A DNA stretch of 11,468 bases from Paramoeba atlantica (taxonomy: Eukaryota > Protista > Discosea), in assembly GCA_977017575.1 (NCBI GenBank), contig CDRNVI010000216.1, positions 1-11,468 of the forward strand, in the 5' to 3' direction. Positions 8,751 to 11,468 of the stretch are shown here, one piece after another. How positions within the stretch are numbered: position 1 is the first letter of the stretch; the number at the start of each line of letters is the position of its first letter. A program made the translations under genes and the position numbers. Under the pieces are notes generated by a model. It saw only the letters and a program-made list of their open reading frames with translations, did not search any database and was not told the DNA's origin.

Positions 8751-9753
8751 ATGGGACAAAGAATTATTCCTCAAGCTCAATTAGCAACTTTGGTTCTCTT
8801 TTTCTTTTTCTTTTTCTTTTCATTTTTCATTCTCTCTTTCTTTTCTCTCTTCTTCCCAAAAATATGTTAACAATTCCCAATTCCATATACATAGTGTCGA
8901 AGAACTGTGTGTGGAGGAGAGATTTCTTCAGATCTTGTGGAAATTATCAGAAATCAATTATTGATTATAGTTGGGCAATATGTTGAGAGAGTGAAACTCA
9001 TTTCACTGGAATGGCAGGCAACAAAAAGGTGGCTCAACTTTCCTTCCAACACACACACACACTGTTTGATTCGAAAAAAATCTGATATCTCATTTACACT
9101 TCAATATTCACAAACTCTCCAAACACTCTTTTACTTTCACTATTCTTCTTTCTTTGTCTGAAAGAGGTAAAAAAGAAAAATTGTCCATCAATGTGTGGTA
9201 TGAATCAACTTCAGTCTCTTTTTCCTTCTCTCTCTACCACTCCTCCAACCCCCCCTTCTCATCCTCTCTAACTCTTCAAGATTGAATTTTCTTTTGATGT
9301 TGTTATCTTTTCCATTCTTGTCTTGGGTTTTTTTTTCTTTTTCTTTTTTTTTATATTTTTTTTTCTTTTTTTTTTCTTTTTTCTTTCTTTTTATATTTCT
9401 CTTTTCTTTTTTCTCTTTTCTCTGTTTTCTTCTCTTTTTTCTTTTCTCTTCTTTTTCTTCTTATTGATTGATTTTTTTTTTTTTTTGTTTTGTTTTTTTG
9501 GAATTCTCTTTTCTGTAAAGTCCCTTTTCCCTTTTATTTATATTTTTATTTCTCTTTTTTTCTCTTTTCCTTTCTCACCTTTTCCTCTCCTCTTTAGGAA
9601 ATTCCTCTTGTTTTGATTTTCTAACTCTAAGGACTTTATTTTCTGGAGATGCAATGGGTTTGGACAACAAAAGAGGTGTTGTTTCTTTAACAAAAAAAAA
9701 TTGGGAAGAGTGTGTTCCTTCTCTTTTTCTTTTACACAACATCCCATTACTTG
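8751..9753 (+). CDS. Putative second spliced gene of unknown function (exons 8751-8792, 8895-9028, 9165-9213, 9281-9326, 9598-9753; 3' part unresolved)
   Basis: Five non-T-rich islands join through GT-AG introns in consistent phases (0, 2, 0, 1) with no stop. Translation: MGQRIIPQAQLATLCRRTVCGGEISSDLVEIIRNQLLIIVGQYVERVKLISLEWQATKRGKKEKLSINVWYESTSIEFSFDVVIFSILVLGNSSCFDFLTLRTLFSGDAMGLDNKRGVVSLTKKNWEECVPSLFLLHNIPLL. There is no firm homology call. Confidence 0.35.
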
Positions 9754-10524
9754 GTTTTTTTATTTTTTTATTTTTTATTTATTTATTTATTTATTAAGAT
9801 TTTAATCACAACTTGAAATTTGATTTAAATTTTTGATTTTATTTATTATTTAAAAATTTTACTCTGTAATTTTTGGTATTGTTTTTTGTTTAGCACTTCT
9901 CTCTCTTTCTTATTCTAAATAAGTAATAGTAGAATTCCACAAAATGACTTCACACACCTTTGCATTGCAATGAAAGAATTTTTTTAAGAGAAAGAAATTG
10001 TTTTGGATCATAGTTTATTTGTTTATTTGTGATTAATGCCAAGAGGATTGATGTTTGCAAGTGTTTGGAAAAGGGAAAGAAGAGAGAAAGAGAAGACAAC
10101 ATCAATTTTTACTTGGTTTTTTATTTTTTATTTTCTTTCTTTCTCTTTTTCAGATGAGTTGAGCGTCTCTTTTTACTAAAACTATTAATGCCAAGTTTTC
10201 GAAAGGAGCGTCTTGGTGGGAAAAGCAGCTCTCTTTTTTTTTTTTGTTGGAATTTTGATATTGTTGATGTGCTTCAACACACAAAGGATTGTGATGACTT
10301 CTCTCTATCTTGTGGGGTGATGTTGAATTTTACATATTGCTTTTGTTGGATATCTTGTGGGGTGGGGTATTAGAGTGTTGGTGGTTTCCCACACATTTTG
10401 TTTTCATGTTTGTTTTCCTTTGTTCTCTTCCCCTTTTCCCTTCCTCTCCTTCCTTCCTTTTTAACACTAATCTTTTCTCTTTTCTCTCCAGAGTTTTTCT
10501 CTCTCTTTGTGTGTTTGTTGGGGT

Positions 10525-11468
10525 TTTAGGGTTTAGGGTTTAGGGTTTAGGGTTTAGGGTTTAGGGTTTAGGGTTTAGGGTTTAGGGTTTAGGGTTTAGG
10601 GTTTAGGGTTTAGGGTTTAGGGTTTAGGGTTTAGGGTTTAGGGTTTAGGGTTTAGGGTTTAGGGTTTAGGGTTTAGGGTTTAGGGTTTAGGGTTTAGGGT
10701 TTAGGGTTTAGGGTTTAGGGTTTAGGGTTTAGGGTTTAGGGTTTAGGGTTTAGGGTTTAGGGTTTAGGGTTTAGGGTTTAGGGTTTAGGGTTTAGGGTTT
10801 AGGGTTTAGGGTTTAGGGTTTAGGGTTTAGGGTTTAGGGTTTAGGGTTTAGGGTTTAGGGTTTAGGGTTTAGGGTTTAGGGTTTAGGGTTTAGGGTTTAG
10901 GGTTTAGGGTTTAGGGTTTAGGGTTTAGGGTTTAGGGTTTAGGGTTTAGGGTTTAGGGTTTAGGGTTTAGGGTTTAGGGTTTAGGGTTTAGGGTTTAGGG
11001 TTTAGGGTTTAGGGTTTAGGGTTTAGGGTTTAGGGTTTAGGGTTTAGGGTTTAGGGTTTAGGGTTTAGGGTTTAGGGTTTAGGGTTTAGGGTTTAGGGTT
11101 TAGGGTTTAGGGTTTAGGGTTTAGGGTTTAGGGTTTAGGGTTTAGGGTTTAGGGTTTAGGGTTTAGGGTTTAGGGTTTAGGGTTTAGGGTTTAGGGTTTA
11201 GGGTTTAGGGTTTAGGGTTTAGGGTTTAGGGTTTAGGGTTTAGGGTTTAGGGTTTAGGGTTTAGGGTTTAGGGTTTAGGGTTTAGGGTTTAGGGTTTAGG
11301 GTTTAGGGTTTAGGGTTTAGGGTTTAGGGTTTAGGGTTTAGGGTTTAGGGTTTAGGGTTTAGGGTTTAGGGTTTAGGGTTTAGGGTTTAGGGTTTAGGGT
11401 TTAGGGTTTAGGGTTTAGGGTTTAGGGTTTAGGGTTTAGGGTTTAGGGTTTAGGGTTTAGGGTTTAGG
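10525..11468 (+). repeat. Telomeric array (TTTAGGG)n, 134 full units plus TTTAGG
   Basis: Perfect 7-nt periodicity runs to the end of the window. The G-rich strand points toward the end, as expected for a right chromosome end. Confidence 0.98.

Noticed and set aside
9030-9161. LRR-like DISFTLQYSQTLQTL in ORF 8907-9161
   Set aside because: It is a single weak match followed by a stop. The segment is explained equally well as intron 9029-9164.
10306-10364. 14-nt direct repeat TATCTTGTGGGGTG
   Set aside because: It has only two copies, no element structure between them and no supportable function.
10525-11468. Assigning the sequence to a plant from the TTTAGGG repeat
   Set aside because: The same repeat occurs in green algae, oomycetes, apicomplexans and other protists. 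The gene content and splice sites do not look plant-like.

Overview
This is eukaryotic DNA from the right end of a chromosome. A perfect (TTTAGGG)n telomere occupies 10525-11468. Most of the window is one large spliced + strand gene whose 5' end lies outside the window and whose reading frame is broken. Predicted exons are 55-138, 394-477, 709-781, 949-4095 and 4878-~8145. The reconstructed product reads RI-type LRRs (one per 84-nt exon), then 3 SEL1 repeats, an atypical protein-kinase-like domain, ankyrin repeats, a second homologous kinase domain, cysteine-containing LRRs and degenerate RI-like LRRs. Three frameshifts (~1790, ~2800, ~5462) and two in-frame stops (TAG 3519, TGA 7447) split it into the separate ORFs of the track, so it is either a young subtelomeric pseudogene or carries assembly errors. 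A weakly supported second spliced gene lies at ~8751-10115 and appears to run out shortly before the telomere. The many F/S/L-rich and K/R/E-rich ORFs are artefacts of T/C-rich introns. The organism cannot be named from the sequence; a protist is likely.
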